Assembly: GCA_030770535.1 (NCBI GenBank)
Contig: JASVEC010000029.1
Span: forward strand, 1-64,000
Direction: 5' to 3'
Length of the DNA stretch: 64,000 nt
Origin: Batkoa obscura
Taxonomy: Eukaryota
A model generated the notes under the pieces. That model was not told where the DNA came from. It saw only the letters and a program-made list of their open reading frames with translations, and made no database searches. Below, in pieces: positions 11,959 to 29,063 of this stretch (positions within the stretch are counted from its first letter, which is position 1; every line of letters starts with the position of its first letter). Position numbers and translations under genes: made by a program.

Positions 11959-12187
11959 GGGGATGTCCGAATTGGTTTCATTTTTTGTCCAATTTTTAAA
12001 TATTTTATATTTTAAAAACATTGCTTACTCTATAAAAATAAATTCTTTATTAAAAACCAAAAGTACCCAACACAGTTTTAAATTATTTGGGGGTGTATTT
12101 TTTTGTTTGAGAATTTTACTAATAATCTTTCTACTCAAATAGCGCTCAAAAAATGGAAAAAGTAATGAAATCAAAAAAAACATCCCC
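11959..12187. mobile_element. Third transposon end (11959..~12088) fused to a MITE (12089..12187)
   Basis: ATAT|GGGGATGTCCGAATTGG... matches 7576..7708; ends ACATCCCC|ATAT. Confidence 0.85.
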
Positions 12188-12589
12188 ATATGATAGATGT
12201 GAAAACTATTACTCTGATTGTTTACATTCCCAAAAATAAATATTATTGAAGATTCTATTCATGCTAATTTATTTTGAAAAGTGATATAAAGAAGACTAAT
12301 ATCTAATTTATTTTTAACTTTGATAATATAGATTCAATATAAGCATAAATTATAGTTAATTCATTTGATACTCATAAAAAGTATAGAAGCAATTGAATCT
12401 TTTTTTTTTTAATCTTTTCATTGACGGTTTTATTATTTATTTTATAAGACAAAACTGTATCCTTCAGTGTTATTAGCTACAGTAATATAGTTAACTTAGT
12501 TCAAAGTATACTTTTTACTCTCCACTTATTTAAAAAGACTTTAAAATTCCTTATTACCATTGGTTAAGTATTGAGCTTACTTTATTTTA

Positions 12590-13935
12590 TGTTATGTCCA
12601 CTTATCAGTTGGTATGGTACTGGGCTTAAGGAATTTAAAACCCTTGTGATTTCTATAGATTGTACTATCACTTTTACTCTCTTGAAAATTGGATCTTCGC
12701 CCATTACAATACTCTTAACTAAATAAAAATTAGTAATTTGAAATTAATGAAGTCCAATAATCGATTTTAATTAAATTAATAAATAATAAATAACAAATGA
12801 AAATGAATAGAAAATTCAACTAAGCGAACTATAGCAATCAAGTTTATTAAAAAATAGCTATTATAATAACAAAAATAATATATGATAAAAGAATAAAATA
12901 AACAGCAAAAAAAGATGTTTTAACATCTTAAACAAGTTTACCATTGGTATTGACCATGGTTTGTTTCCTATCTGATACAAATAAACTTTTATAAAATGAA
13001 TTAAAATTATTCCAATCAATGGTATTTTTGGATTGATCTTCTATTTGATTTGTTACTGTTAAGTCATGAAGAGTTGAAAGATGACTTTCGAGTTTGTTAT
13101 TGTCATTGATTGTTGAACTTTTAACAGGTGTACTTTGTTCATTGCTTTTTGTTCTTTTAATAGGTGTACTTTGTTCACTTATTCCTTCTGTTAGGTTATT
13201 TATTGATTTTCGTTTGTTATTGACGTTATTATTAGAAATATTACTATTAGTATTATTACTATTATTCATATCCATATCATTAATGATATCGCTACTATCC
13301 ATAACATAATCATTTGTTGTCATCCTTGTTTTCTCAATTCCTAAATCACTTGATTTACTTTTTGATGGAATACTTTGAGCTACAAGTGATACATTAAATT
13401 CATCATCACTAAATTCAACATCAGATAAACACAAATCAGGTGAATTGACATTTAATAAATTGTCATTATCTTCTGTATTACCAAAGGATGGTAAATCTAT
13501 ATAAAAAAGCATTCTCGTTAAAAACCACATTAAAACAGAAATATTATAATTACTTACCATCAAAACCAATCATTTGATCAATATCTTTTTTAATTTCTAA
13601 CCTAGCACAAATTAATTCTTCAGCTATTTCTTCAGCTGATAATCCTTTTGTTTCTTCATCTTCATCTTCATCTTCGCTTAATTCTTCAACGGTATAACTA
13701 AATTTTGTTTCAAATCCACGTTTGAAACGTTCGCCAAAATCTATTTTTGTGAGTAGATTATCAAGCTTCATGTTTGGTTCTTTTTTTAAATATTCGCCAT
13801 CTGGAGTTAAAGTTAAAAGATTAGTCACGGAATTGAAGTTAAAAGGAAGATAAATATAAAAATACCTTTTTTTACATAAAAATTACTTAAGACTACTTGC
13901 TTCTGTTTATCTTGCATTTGCGATTGTTGATTCAT
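12590..13935 (-). CDS. Hypothetical intron-containing protein, acidic and Asn/Ser-rich; 3' exon uncertain
   Basis: ATG at 13935; phase-compatible GT-AG introns join a short first exon to ORFs 13550..13828 and 12928..13569; no family recognised. Confidence 0.5.
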
Positions 13936-14852
13936 GCTTGATTGTAACTTAATAATTTTAGAAATGAAGGATTTGGTTTTGATATAGTTGCGTTTTTAAT
14001 TAAATTAAATTTGTAATTTATTTTATCTTAAAAAAATAGTTAAAACGCGTAATTTGAGATGATAGGGTAGAAGGAGAGAATCGACCAATTAAAACAAATT
14101 AAAGCACCACCAAAAAGACCAAATCATTAGAAGGGCCTAATAACTAGTTTATCACCGTTTAAAACTAATGGGCAAGCTACCCATATAATTGATAAAAATT
14201 ACTCTCTCTAGTTTTGAGTAACTGTGACGATTTTCAATGTTTTATATTAATTTAATTCATTAATAAAGAGTATAATTAAGTTGATGTATGTGTTTATATC
14301 ATAATTTTAAGCATTGCTTACAGTCAAAGTTTATTTTTATATTACCTCTTACAATTACACTGAGGCTTTAAACAAATGAAATATTATAATGTATTATAAT
14401 ATAGGACAGTTATTGTGTTCCAAATTTCCACCTAGTAAATATGACATTTATTGGGAATCAGAGGGAGTAATGATTTTTTTCAATTGGGTGAATGTTAATT
14501 AAGACCAATAAAATTTAAAACAATTCACTCATCAAAAATAATCGATTTGATTAGAAATAGAAATAGAAATAGAATAAATTTTATAAGTCAAAGTTTAGTT
14601 TTATGTTGTTAAAACTTTTGGTTTAAATTATAAACATTCAAGCATTTTGTTATCATCTACTATATATGTTAATAGTCTTTTTATTTTTAAAAGCAAAGTT
14701 TTTATATTATTAATAAGTTGATTATCTACATCAATTTCTAAAACATTTATTAATTACGTATTAATTCTATTTTAAATAAAATTAAATAATAAACTCAAAC
14801 AAAAAATATTTATAATAAAAAATATGTTTATTTTTATTATTTCTATTATTGA

Positions 14853-17594
<2,742 letters not shown>

Positions 17595-19299
17595 AATTTT
17601 TTATAAAAGTAATGCTGCTTTATTTTTCTACTTTTTTATAAAAAATATTCCACTTTGACTAGAATCCAAATCCCTTAACATTATTCTTTCTCACTACCAC
17701 TTATCTATTTCCATCCTATTTTAAGCCCATCAAATAGCTGTTATTGGAATTGTTACAATCTCTATTGGTGCTCGAGTTGTTCTAGCTCAAGCGAATCATT
17801 ATTAAGGATTAAGGATTTCGAAAAATTTGACAAAAGTTGAGATTTTATTCTTAGCTTTAGTTTGTCAAATTTAGTCATCTAAAAAATTTTTAAGTTGCTA
17901 AAATTGAAATTTGATTTTAAAATTGGACTAAAATAGTTTTGGAACTTTAATCAAACAATATTATTTATAATATTATAATAAACTAGTTAATTAAATCCAC
18001 ATTACATATATCTGAAGAAACTATATATAAACTGCAAGTGTTTTCAAAGTCCTTAAGGTCACTGGTATACTAATGGATAAAGGGGTATAAGGGAAGACAA
18101 AGTAAACCCAATGTTTGGGCAACGGTAATGAGAAGGTTTAAAGCTTCCCTAAACAAATGTAAGAAAAAACTATACTTTGAAATAAATTTTCTAAAGTAGC
18201 ATGACTAATGATGTTCAAGAGCATAGCTTGTTTCAAAAAATAGTTGATAAAATAAACGACAATGAAGAGAGATTTTGGAGAAAGAGATTCAATCTCTTAT
18301 ATACTTTTTATGAGTATAAAAGGCATTAATTAACTAAACTTTAATTCATATTTAATACATATCATCAAAGTTAATGGTAACTTTGATATTGGTTTTTTTT
18401 ACATTAATTTCCATAATGCATTCAACTTGTATTGAACCATATCCAGCTATAACACTGGATTTCGAGAAGTAAGCAATCTAATCAATGTCCCGACAGTACA
18501 GATGGGGTAAAGAGATGTTCGTTATAATAGCAGTTTAAATATAGGATTCTAATAAAAGGAATATTAAATACAGATTTGAATATTTGCATTTTTATTATCT
18601 GAAGAGTAATTTTTGAATAAAATATTCATCTTTAGTTTTTTAAAATTATTTTGGTGTTACTTTAATTAGTACTATTTTTTATTATTGGATATAAAAACAT
18701 TTATATATTTATAGAATTTTCATAGGCCAAATATACAATTGTTTTATTTAAAAAATGGTAGACTATAAAGAAAATGATAAAGAGATGTAACTGGAGGAAG
18801 GATGAGAGTAAGGAGTTGATATGAGTAGTTAAGAAGACTGATAGAGCGTCTAACTTTAATTTGGTTGTTTTAGTTAGTAACGTATTAATTGAGATGGATT
18901 TGTATTTTATTTTATAAAGTTTTTATGTTTTAATTTTATATTTAGGCTAAATATAAAATTCCATTATGAGTATTTTTAATTCATGATTTATAAAAAGTAC
19001 ATAAAACACAATTCCATTACGTATCCAAAAAGATAATTTAGTGATTTAATATATGAAAAACTCTGCAACAAACAAGTTAAAGAATAATCCTATAAAAAAT
19101 CAAAAAATCGAGATATTGCTATCACCTTTGGAACTGATGCTCCATCCAGCTACTAGAGATGGGCTAATTGCTTTTGGTTGCGTTTAGTTATGTGAATGGT
19201 ATACTTAAACTTTTTATTCAGAAGTTTATGGTGGAATGGTACAATTTTTTTTAAAATACCTTCCTTTCATGTAATAAAAATAAAAATTTTAAGCGTGAA

Positions 19300-19950
19300 G
19301 CTAAAATTTAAGGTAAAATGTTATTAAAGCCAATATTGGTTTTAGTTTTTATATAATGAAAACATGGGAGTCCTGGTTAATGGAAAAGAAGTGCTAGCTA
19401 AAATCAAGGATTAACTGTCTGGTTGGAGTTTTAAAGATTACTTTGAGTGCCTTTATAATGATTTCATGAACTTTGTCCCATTCCAAGAGTATACGAGATA
19501 TGTGGTAAGTTTAGCTCGGTTTCGTACTTATCAGATATACATGCTGTCTAAGACCCTGGTCCAAAGATGTACAGTTTTTGTTGTTATAAAAATGGTAAAA
19601 GATATGGCACTACGGCGCTTCATTTGGATCTGGCAGATGCCGTAAATGTAGTGAACTATTCTTCAGGTGGTTCAAATGAGCCAGGCATCTTATAGCACAT
19701 TTTAAAAGAGAGAATACATAAAAGATCAGTAAATTTACATGAAGTACTAAGAAAAATAAAAAATAAGTGATCTTATCTATAACCAAGCCTTTTGCCTCAT
19801 CGAAAAACAATTAAAAAACTTTTGAAATAACCACAATGTAATTAGTCACCAAACATACCAAAAACCTGGTGATCCAGTACTAATTCTGGGTGATTGTACT
19901 CACCAAGTTCAAAACTTTCACCACTACATCAAAATAGCAACATGTTTTGT
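19300..19950 (-). mobile_element. Possible decayed LTR-retrotransposon pol fragment
   Basis: Raised GC and stop-ridden frames with an EWDKVHEIIIKALK segment resembling the RT/RNase H connection; near a solo LTR. Confidence 0.25.
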
Positions 19951-20519
19951 GGCACCAGAAAGTCCATCTGTTTGTGTCAAATTAATAAAGCAGGCTTGAA
20001 TTTTGCCATATAATCATTTGAGGTGTGTAGATGTATTAAATTTGCCGAGGTTATTAGCTAATACTTGGAACACGGTTCAAAAGAATCTTACTGAAAAGTC
20101 AATTTTGGAAACAAAAATCATCAACACTAGTTTGTTCAATAAAACTAAAGCTAATATAAAGAATAAAAATTACCTACTAGTAAAAATTTATAGACTCCAA
20201 TGCAAAAAAATCGAAAGAGCCCAAGAATAGGGTAGTATCATATACATGGATGTCAAACCTAGATGAGATGGAAAATAGTGATATAAATAAAAATATCCAA
20301 ATGAGTATTGAGTACAAGGATAAGTAATTAACTAAGGATGGTCAACAAATGATGGAGGATTAGTATTTTTTTTGAGAAAGTACTAAGGGGCTATACAATG
20401 AACGTATTCTTGTATAATCAATAGCTTGATTATATAACTACCCTTATAGTCAGGCCTAAAAATCAAGCTTAACAAAATTTACCATTTACTTTTATTATTA
20501 GTATTTATTGAAGCAATAT

Positions 20520-20618
20520 GGGGGTGTTTTTTTTGGTTTCATTATTTTTTCCATTTTTTAAGCGCTATTTGAGCAGAAAGATTATTAGTAAAATTCTTAA
20601 ACAAAAAAATACATCCCC
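20520..20618. mobile_element. MITE copy
   Basis: ATAT|GGGGGTGT...ACATCCCC|ATAT. Confidence 0.9.
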
Positions 20619-20628
20619 ATATAACCTT

Positions 20629-21089
20629 TGTGAAAGTTGATACTTAGTGGTCGGAGTTAAAAGCTACTCTTGCTTAATTAACTTGCCTTGAGTCGAAGGG
20701 TCTTAGTTTATGTAACTAAGATAGACTTAACTTAATAGAAATAGTATGTAGTAAGCTACAAATTATGTAAACAAATACAATGGAAGATACTACCGTAAAA
20801 TCTATGTAAGATGTTGTCAGAAAGACTTAGTGACTTTATTAACGATACGTTATCAGGGAGTAATTCAGTTAAAAAGCATTGAGTTATCATATTGAAGAAT
20901 CTCTTTTATACACCAATAAGTATGGATATTAAAAGGAGGTAATATTGTTTGCAATATGAAGTTAGAAATTCTCGCAACAAATCAAAATAAGGGGCTCTGA
21001 CTTGATTGTGTTTGAACTTGAGAATATAACAACTTAAGTGATTGTTGTGTTATAATCAATCTGAGAGCTAAATAAAGCAATATTTCACA
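20629..21089 (-). mobile_element. Solo LTR (461 bp) with 5-bp target-site duplication ACCTT
   Basis: ACCTT|TGTGAAAG ... TATTTCACA|ACCTT; TG...CA ends. Confidence 0.9.
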
Positions 21090-21615
21090 ACCTTATTCAT
21101 AAGATTTAAAAATTTATTATATTAAGAGCTTTTTTTTAAATCCGAAAAATAACTTAAAGCTTTTATATTTATTGGTACAACTAATTATATGTAAAAGTAT
21201 AAACATTAAATTAAACTAAATACTTTCTGTTTATGTGAGTAAAAACAGTAGTTACATTCAAGCTCTTTAACATTTTATTTAAAAATTTGGAAACCTAACA
21301 AGAAGACATATTTTTGATAATTAGTAGCTTAATTATTATTTAAAAGATTTCGTTCACAGTAAATATGTTACAATCAAAGCTTAATAAAACATTTCATATC
21401 ATCAAATATGTATATATCTTCTTTGTAAAACCAAGTAGAAGCATAATCTCTTCAAATTTCTTTGCTGTATGATACTTCAGATTAAAATATTTTTTAAAAC
21501 TATTTTTTCAGTACATATATCAAAACATAGAAATAATAAAAGTTTTAACATAAATTTTTCAAAGTATATTCAAGATAATACACCCTTAATACTTATTGGT
21601 AATTTTTCACTATAC

Positions 21616-21814
21616 GGGGATGTATTTTTTTGTTTAAGAATTTTACTAATAATCTTTCTGCTCAAATAGCGCTTAAAAAATGGAAAAAGTGATGAAACTA
21701 AAAAAAACACCCCCATATAGAGGTATTTTTCGGTTTCATCACTTTTTCCATTTTTAAGCGTTATTTAAATGGAAAGGCTATCAATGAAATTCTTAAACAA
21801 AAAAATATATCCCT
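21616..21814. mobile_element. Two adjacent MITE copies in inverted orientation (21616..21714; ~21719..21814)
   Basis: Separated only by a shared ATAT; the second copy is more diverged. Confidence 0.85.
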
Positions 21815-21977
21815 ATATGTTAAAATGATTTTATTAATTGATTTCAAATAATTTTAAATTCCAACCAAAATGGAAATGTCAAATCACTCAACGAAAATGT
21901 ACAAAAAAAATGAGTCATACTGCAAAAATCCCATAAATATAAAGAAAGTTAACTTTAGCTTTGTTTTTTTTTGAAAA

Positions 21978-24076
21978 ATGGCAAGCAATATCGATAACGG
22001 AGCTACTCAAGCTGAAAAATTATATAAAGATGAAGCAACTGGTGAAATGGTTTCTAAATCGTAATATTTTTACCCATTTTTTAATTATTTATTGACTGTT
22101 TTAAAGTGAATTAAAACGCCGTATTAAGCAGCGTGAAAAGGAGCAAAAAAAGGTAAAAGGATTAACTAGACGATTCAAAGTTAATTAATTTTCTATTTAG
22201 GCTGAAAAAGAAGCTGCTACTCCAAAAGTCACTAAAAAAGAAAGTGATAACGCTGAAGACTTAGAAGCTGACTTAAACCCAAATGTAAACCTTTTTAAAC
22301 TTTATTTTTCTAATATTAATAAGCTTTAGCAATATTTTGAAATCCGTTCAAAAGCTGTCAAGAAAATTCAAAATGATGGTGGTAATCCATACCCTCATAA
22401 ATTCAAAGTTGATATCTCTTTACCTACTTTTATTGAAAAATATGGTTCCATCCAAAATGGTGAAAAATCAGAAGATATTGTAACTGTTGCTGGTAATTCT
22501 CATAATTGTATAATATATCACATTTGTTAATTTATTTTAGGTCGTATCCATAACAAACGTTCATCTGGTGCTAAATTAAGATTTTACGATTTACACAGTG
22601 AAGCCGTTAAAATTCAAATCATGGCTAATGCCCAGTAGGTTTTACTACTTAGTATTTCAGTTTATATATTTATCTATCTTACATAGAGATTCTGAGCGTG
22701 ATTTTGCTGAAGTACATGACTGCATTCGTCGTGGTGATATTGTTGGTGTAAAAGGACATCCAGGACGTACCAAGAAAGGTGAATTATCAATTTTACCTTT
22801 AGATGTTCAAGTGTTATCACCATGTTTACATATGTTACCTACCGCCCATTTCGGATTTAAAGATTTAGAAGCTCGTTATCGTCAACGTTATTTAGATCTT
22901 ATTATGAATAATAATGTTAGAGATAAATTTGTTACTCGTTCCAAAATTATCAAGTTTGTTCGTCAATACTTAGATAATAGTGGTTTTCTTGAAGTAGAAA
23001 CCCCAATGATGAACATGATTGCTGGTGGTGCTACTGCTAAGCCTTTCATTACTCATCATAATGATCTTAACATGGATTTATACATGAGAATTGCACCAGA
23101 ACTTTATCTTAAAATGTTAGTTGTCGGTGGTTTAGATCGTGTTTATGAAATCGGGAGATTATTTAGAAATGAAGGTATTGATATGACCCATAACCCCGAA
23201 TTTACTACCTGTGAGTTTTATATGGCTTATGCTGATATGTATGACCTTATGGAAATTACAGAAAATATGCTTTCTTCTATGGTCAAATACCTTACTGGTG
23301 GTTACAAAGTTAAATATCACCCACATGGACCTGAAGGTGAAGAATATGAAATGGATTTCAGCCCACCGTTCCGTAGAATAAACATGATTGAAGGACTTGA
23401 AGAAGCCCTTAATGTTAAATTCCCTCCAGCCACTGAATTTTATTCAAATGAATTCAATAAATTTTTATCGGATTTATGTATCAAACATAAGATCGAATGC
23501 TCTGCTCCACGTACTAACGCTAGAATGTTAGACAAATTAGTTGGTGATTTCCTTGAAGTACAATGTATTAGCCCCACTTTCATCACTTGCCATCCACAAA
23601 TGATGAGTCCATTAGCTAAATGGTAAGGAAATTTAGATCAAAGCATTTTGTGTATTTATAAACTATTTTAGGCATCGTGATTTCCCAGGGTTAACTGAAA
23701 GATTTGAATTATTTTGTGCTACTAAAGAAATATGTAATGCATATACCGAATTAAATGATCCATTTGATCAACGTGAGCGTTTCGGTATGCAAGCTAATGA
23801 TAAAGCAGCTGGAGATGATGAAGCACAAGTTATTGATGAAAACTTCTGTACTGCCTTAGAGTACGGATTACCCCCCACTGGTGGATGGGGTATGGGTATT
23901 GATCGTCTTACCATGTTCTTAACCGACTCTAATAACATCAAGGTAAAATTTTAGTAATAATTCACAAGTGGTAATTTTATTCAAATGATATAATTTTTTA
24001 GGAAGTTATTATGTTCCCAGCTATGAAGCCAGAAGAAGAAGGTGCTAAACCTACTGTTGCTCATGCTGATAATTAA
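21978..24076 (+). CDS. KRS1: Cytosolic lysyl-tRNA synthetase (class II), multi-intron
   Basis: [45 protein letters not shown]; short GT-AG introns. Confidence 0.97.
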
Positions 24077-25305
24077 ATAGATTTATTTTTAAAATAAAAG
24101 AGGTTGAATGTGATTACCATCTAAAGTCGAATTCATACAAAAATATTTGCTATAGGTATTTTGAAATTTTAAATTAAAACTTCCTTTCAATGGGCTGCTT
24201 TTATTAAATAAGTTTTTATAAAAATTATCGAAGGATAAAAAACAACTTTTAAAAAAAATGTTAATGAGTTGTTTTAGAAGGTGTGGTTTATTATTATAAG
24301 TTGCTTTTATAATGGATACTGCTTGTTAGGTGAAAGCGGTGTAATCAAAGCCATTTTTAGTTTGGTTTATGCTGTAACTGTAAAGTTTGTAATCATTGGC
24401 AGTTTAAATTTGCTTTCAAAAATGAAGACCTTTTTAGCATACTAAAGTAATACAGATCAATAGTCTTCAGATTGTATTAATTCCTTGAAATGACTTTCAC
24501 GCTTGCTTCAAAAATTAAACAATTATGAGGTTTAGATTAAACTATATAAAAAATATCAAAATGAAAGTCGTCTTTTCATCTTTTTATTTAAGTTTAAAAT
24601 TTGAGCAATTCTTAGTTAAATAAATAATAAAAAAACAAACTGTTCAAGCCTAAGATCAAGAAATAATCCCACTAGAGCTTACTTGATCCATATTTGGAGT
24701 ACCTTGCCTATTTTGTTAAACAGCCTCTTTTTTAATATATAATTACAAATTAACTTAAACTGTTATTGAAAATGATTTCTATGACCAGTACTGAAGTTTT
24801 ATAAATGCTTTATACTTCAACCAAAGAATATAGATAATAGATAATTATAAAACATACATTAGTTTATTTCAAATTACTTTTATATATGGGAATGGCCTTT
24901 ATTTTAATATTTTGTCCATTTTTAGGCAATAAAATGTAAAAAATATCTGGTATAAGTTAAAAACATTCATAATTTTTAATGAGGTTTTAAGTTTTGATTT
25001 TTTTTAAAAGTCCGTCTATCATTAAAACAGAATCCTCTGGCCTCGCAGTAATATTTTTACTAAACTTCATGGAAAATAAGGAGCGATAATTTTAATCACT
25101 CAAGAGTAAAAACATTCAATATTTAATTATAAGCAATTGAATAGTTATTATATTATGTTTTATTAATGGGTTTTATCAAGCGCTAATTAGTGCTATTGAA
25201 AAAAGAAATTTGCCCAAAAAGAAATTAACTTGGGGATAACTTTAATTTTCTCGAATATATTTTTAAAAGTTTTTAAACAAAATTGACTTTTTATCAATTT
25301 GAAAA

Positions 25306-27897
25306 ATGTAAAATAATAGTAGTGTACATTGGATAGCAACTAAATTATTTTTAGGAGTAGAGTTATAATCAAAAATTTACCAAAGCATTTAAAGGAAGAC
25401 AGATTAAGAGAACATTTTCAAAAACAAGGCCATGTAACCGATGTGAAGTTGATGAAAAAAAGGTAATTGAATTTATGAATTTATAGTATTAAAATACTAA
25501 GTATTATAAAGTGATGGTACTTCCCGAAAATTCGCTTTTATTGGTTTTAAGACAGAGAAAGAAGCTAGGGCAGCTGTTCGTTATTTCAATAATACTTTTA
25601 TAGATACTTCAAAAATAACTTTGGAAATTGCTAAACCGGTAATAAAATTGGAAATGAAAAAAAAAAAATCTAAACTTAGTTATAGGTTGGTGACTCCAGT
25701 TTACCCAAACCATGGAGTAAAATCAGTTTAGAAAAAGCCCAAAAAGAAGAAGAGAAAAGAAAAGAGTCCGAAGTAAAAAAAGTAGAAGAAAGGAAAACGA
25801 ACGAAAATATGGAACTACTAAAGCAGGCTGAAAAAGACCAAAAATTAAAAGAATACCTTGAAGTATATCAAAGTAGAACTCAAACAAAGACTTGGGCCAA
25901 TGAAGATACTGCTAATAGTTTCCAACCTAAAGTTAAGGTCCAAACTGTCAAAAGTAAAAAGGCTGGTGGTGAAAATGTCGTTCTAACTAAAACTCATCTT
26001 ACTTTCGACAATGATGATGATGATGAATATCAAGATTTGGATAAAGACATAAAAGTGGAGGAGGAAAAAGAGAAAGAAATTGAAAAAGATGAACTAGTTT
26101 TTGACAATAATGTATCTGATATGGATTATTTAAAGGCAAGAATGAAACAAAATATTTCAGATGAAAAGGAAATTGACGAGAATAACGAAAAAGAAGGATC
26201 AAAGGAAGAGTTAAAAGATGAACTGGAAGAGAAAACTGGGAAAACTGAGATAAAGGGTAAAAATTATTTGATAAACTAGTGACTTTAGTTAATTTGTATT
26301 CTTTTAGAGGAACTAAGCCCAGAAGCGCAAATTTTAGATAATGGTAGATTGTTTGTACGTAATTTACCATATACATGTACCGAAGATGATCTTAGAAAAT
26401 TATTTGAAAAACATGGTCCGCTATCAGAAGTCCATATGCCAATCTCCAAAGAAAGTAAAAAACCTAAGGGTTTTGCATATATATTATATTTGTTACCAGA
26501 ACATGCTTTAAAAGCATTCAATACTTTAGACAAAAGCTTTTTTCAAGGCAGGTTATTACATATACTTCCATCTAAAGATAAATTGAATACTGAAGTAAAC
26601 CTCGACGACCAAAACTTGAGTTTAAGGAAGAAAAAAGAGCTTAAAATGAGACAAATGGCAACGAATTCCTACAATTGGAATTCATTATTTCTGTCACAAG
26701 ATGCAGTAGCTGATGCAGTAGCTGCAAAATTAGGTATAACCAAAGGAGAATTAATGGATCCAGCCTCAGATGATCTAGCTACTAAATTAGCTACAGCTGA
26801 AACTAAATTACTCATGGAGATTAAAGACTTCTTTGAAGAGCATGGCGTTGATTTAACCGTTAGCAATAAAGAAAAAAGCGATACTGTGATAGTTGTCAAA
26901 AACATACCATATGGTACTGAAGAATCTCAATTACTCGAATTATTTGGAAAACATGGAGAAATAGAAAGAGTTCTTATACCACCATCAAAAACTATTGCTA
27001 TCATTGAATTCAAGCACCCAACTGAGGCAAGAGCAGCTTTCCGTCACCTTGCGTATAGAAGATTTGGAGACGCACCCCTCTATTTAGAAAAAGCACCTAA
27101 AGATGTATTTAAGATGAAAGTAGAGAAGAAAATTGAACCAAAAGAAGAAAAAGTAGTAACCATTGAAAAGATTTTGGCCAAAGAGGAAGAATTAGTTGAA
27201 GGGGCTACATTATTTGTTAAAAACTTGAACTTTGAAACAACCAAAGAAAGATTACAAGAATGTTTTGAAGTATTTTTAGGATTTAAATCAGCAATAGTTA
27301 GAACTAAACCAGATACCAAAAATCCTGGAAAAACTTTATCGTTAGGGTTTGGATTTGTTGAATTTGACTCTCCAGAAAACGCAGCCTTGGCTATGAATGG
27401 GAGACAAGATTACATGCTAGATGGACATAAATTGGTTATTAAAATATCAGAGAGAGCTACAAAGCCTAAGAAGGAAGAATCTAAACCTGTTAAAGGAGCC
27501 AAACTACTTGTAAAAAATATTCCCTTTGAAGCCACTAAGAGGGATATCAGAGAGTTATTTAGGTATTTCATAGTAATTAAAGTATTTGTTATTTTTATTC
27601 ATTTTATTTAGCACCTTTGGTACTATTAAAACGCTTAGATTACCTTCTAAGTTTTCTGGAGGACATCGTGGTTTCTGTTTCATAGAGTTCATAACTGAAA
27701 AAGAAGCAGCTAAAGTAATGGACAATCTTTCTCATACCCATTTGTACGGTAGACATTTAGTTATTACTTATGCAGAGGAAGATGAATCGGTTGATAAGTT
27801 AAGAGAAAAGGTTAAATCTCAATTTGATAAAGATAACCAACCTAAGAAGAGAAGAGTTGTTTTAGAAGATGAAGAAAATGAAGGAGATATGTTTTAA
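25306..27897 (+). CDS. MRD1: Multiple RNA-binding domain-containing protein 1 (RBM19/Mrd1; 40S biogenesis)
   Basis: Spliced start MSRVIIKNLP; five RRMs; NWNSLFL motif. Confidence 0.93.
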
Positions 27898-29063
27898 TTA
27901 TTATAGAATCTATAGAGTAAACTTTTGTTAAATTAACCAACTATTCTTATCAAAAATACATTAATAAAGTAAGATTTAAAATTATTTTTCGTTACAATGT
28001 TATTGTTATTGAACATTTTATTGAATGTAACTTTACAGTTACAGGAATATCATTTGATTAATTTATAAAGTGGATTGTAGTTGAATTATACAATTTTTTC
28101 CTCTCTAGTCTAATTTGAATAATTTTAAAAAAATACTTGCCTAAGGCAGTATTTATTTGATTCAGCAATATAACAGTAGGATCCAGTTGCATAAATGCTT
28201 CAATATTTAAGGTTACATCTTTCATAAAGAGCATATTATAGCAAATGATGGATATGAAATGTATCGAATTGATGACTTCTTTATCATGATTTTGTTTATA
28301 AATTAATGATTTACACGAAAAGTAAAACTTTTAGTTATTACTTAATATTTTTACAAAATCGACAATAATTTTGTCTCTGTACGTACACATAAAGGTTTCT
28401 ACGTTTGATATTGTACTATTCAGAAATAAAAGTTGATATCAATATTGCAATTATCATCATTAACTCTCGAATTGGTATACTAAGATTAAATCTCAGTATA
28501 AAACATAAGGTATTAATATACAATCAAAATGTACTTTATAAGGCTGATGTATTTCTGAAGATACTGTTTATTTTATCATTTATTTTGCTTTTTATTTACT
28601 TGAGGATTTTTAAATTATTGGAAGTGGCATAAAAGCTTGGGTTTTTGTTTTTTAGTTTCTCAATGATCATACTTAAATACTATAGTTTAAATCTTATGCA
28701 ATTAATTATCACATTCCATGAATAAATGAACTTTTCTATAAAATACTGTTAAGTAAATAATATAAAGAAGCAATATATTCAACATAATTGAAAATCCAAA
28801 AAGAGGCTCGTCGACCAATTAATAATCTACATAAAGTATATTTTAAAAGAAATACATATTACGATATAAACTTTATTTGATCTGTGTTTTAAAAAAATAT
28901 TGAACTATACTTTGAACTGCAATTCCAAAAAAACATAAGGTGGAAAATAGAATATGCCTTTGAAAAAACAAAGTCAGCCGAAGGTTAGATAATGATGTAT
29001 AAAAACAAGAAAAAACTTTAATCTTAAAATATCTAATTTATTAATATAATAAAAGCTCATAAA

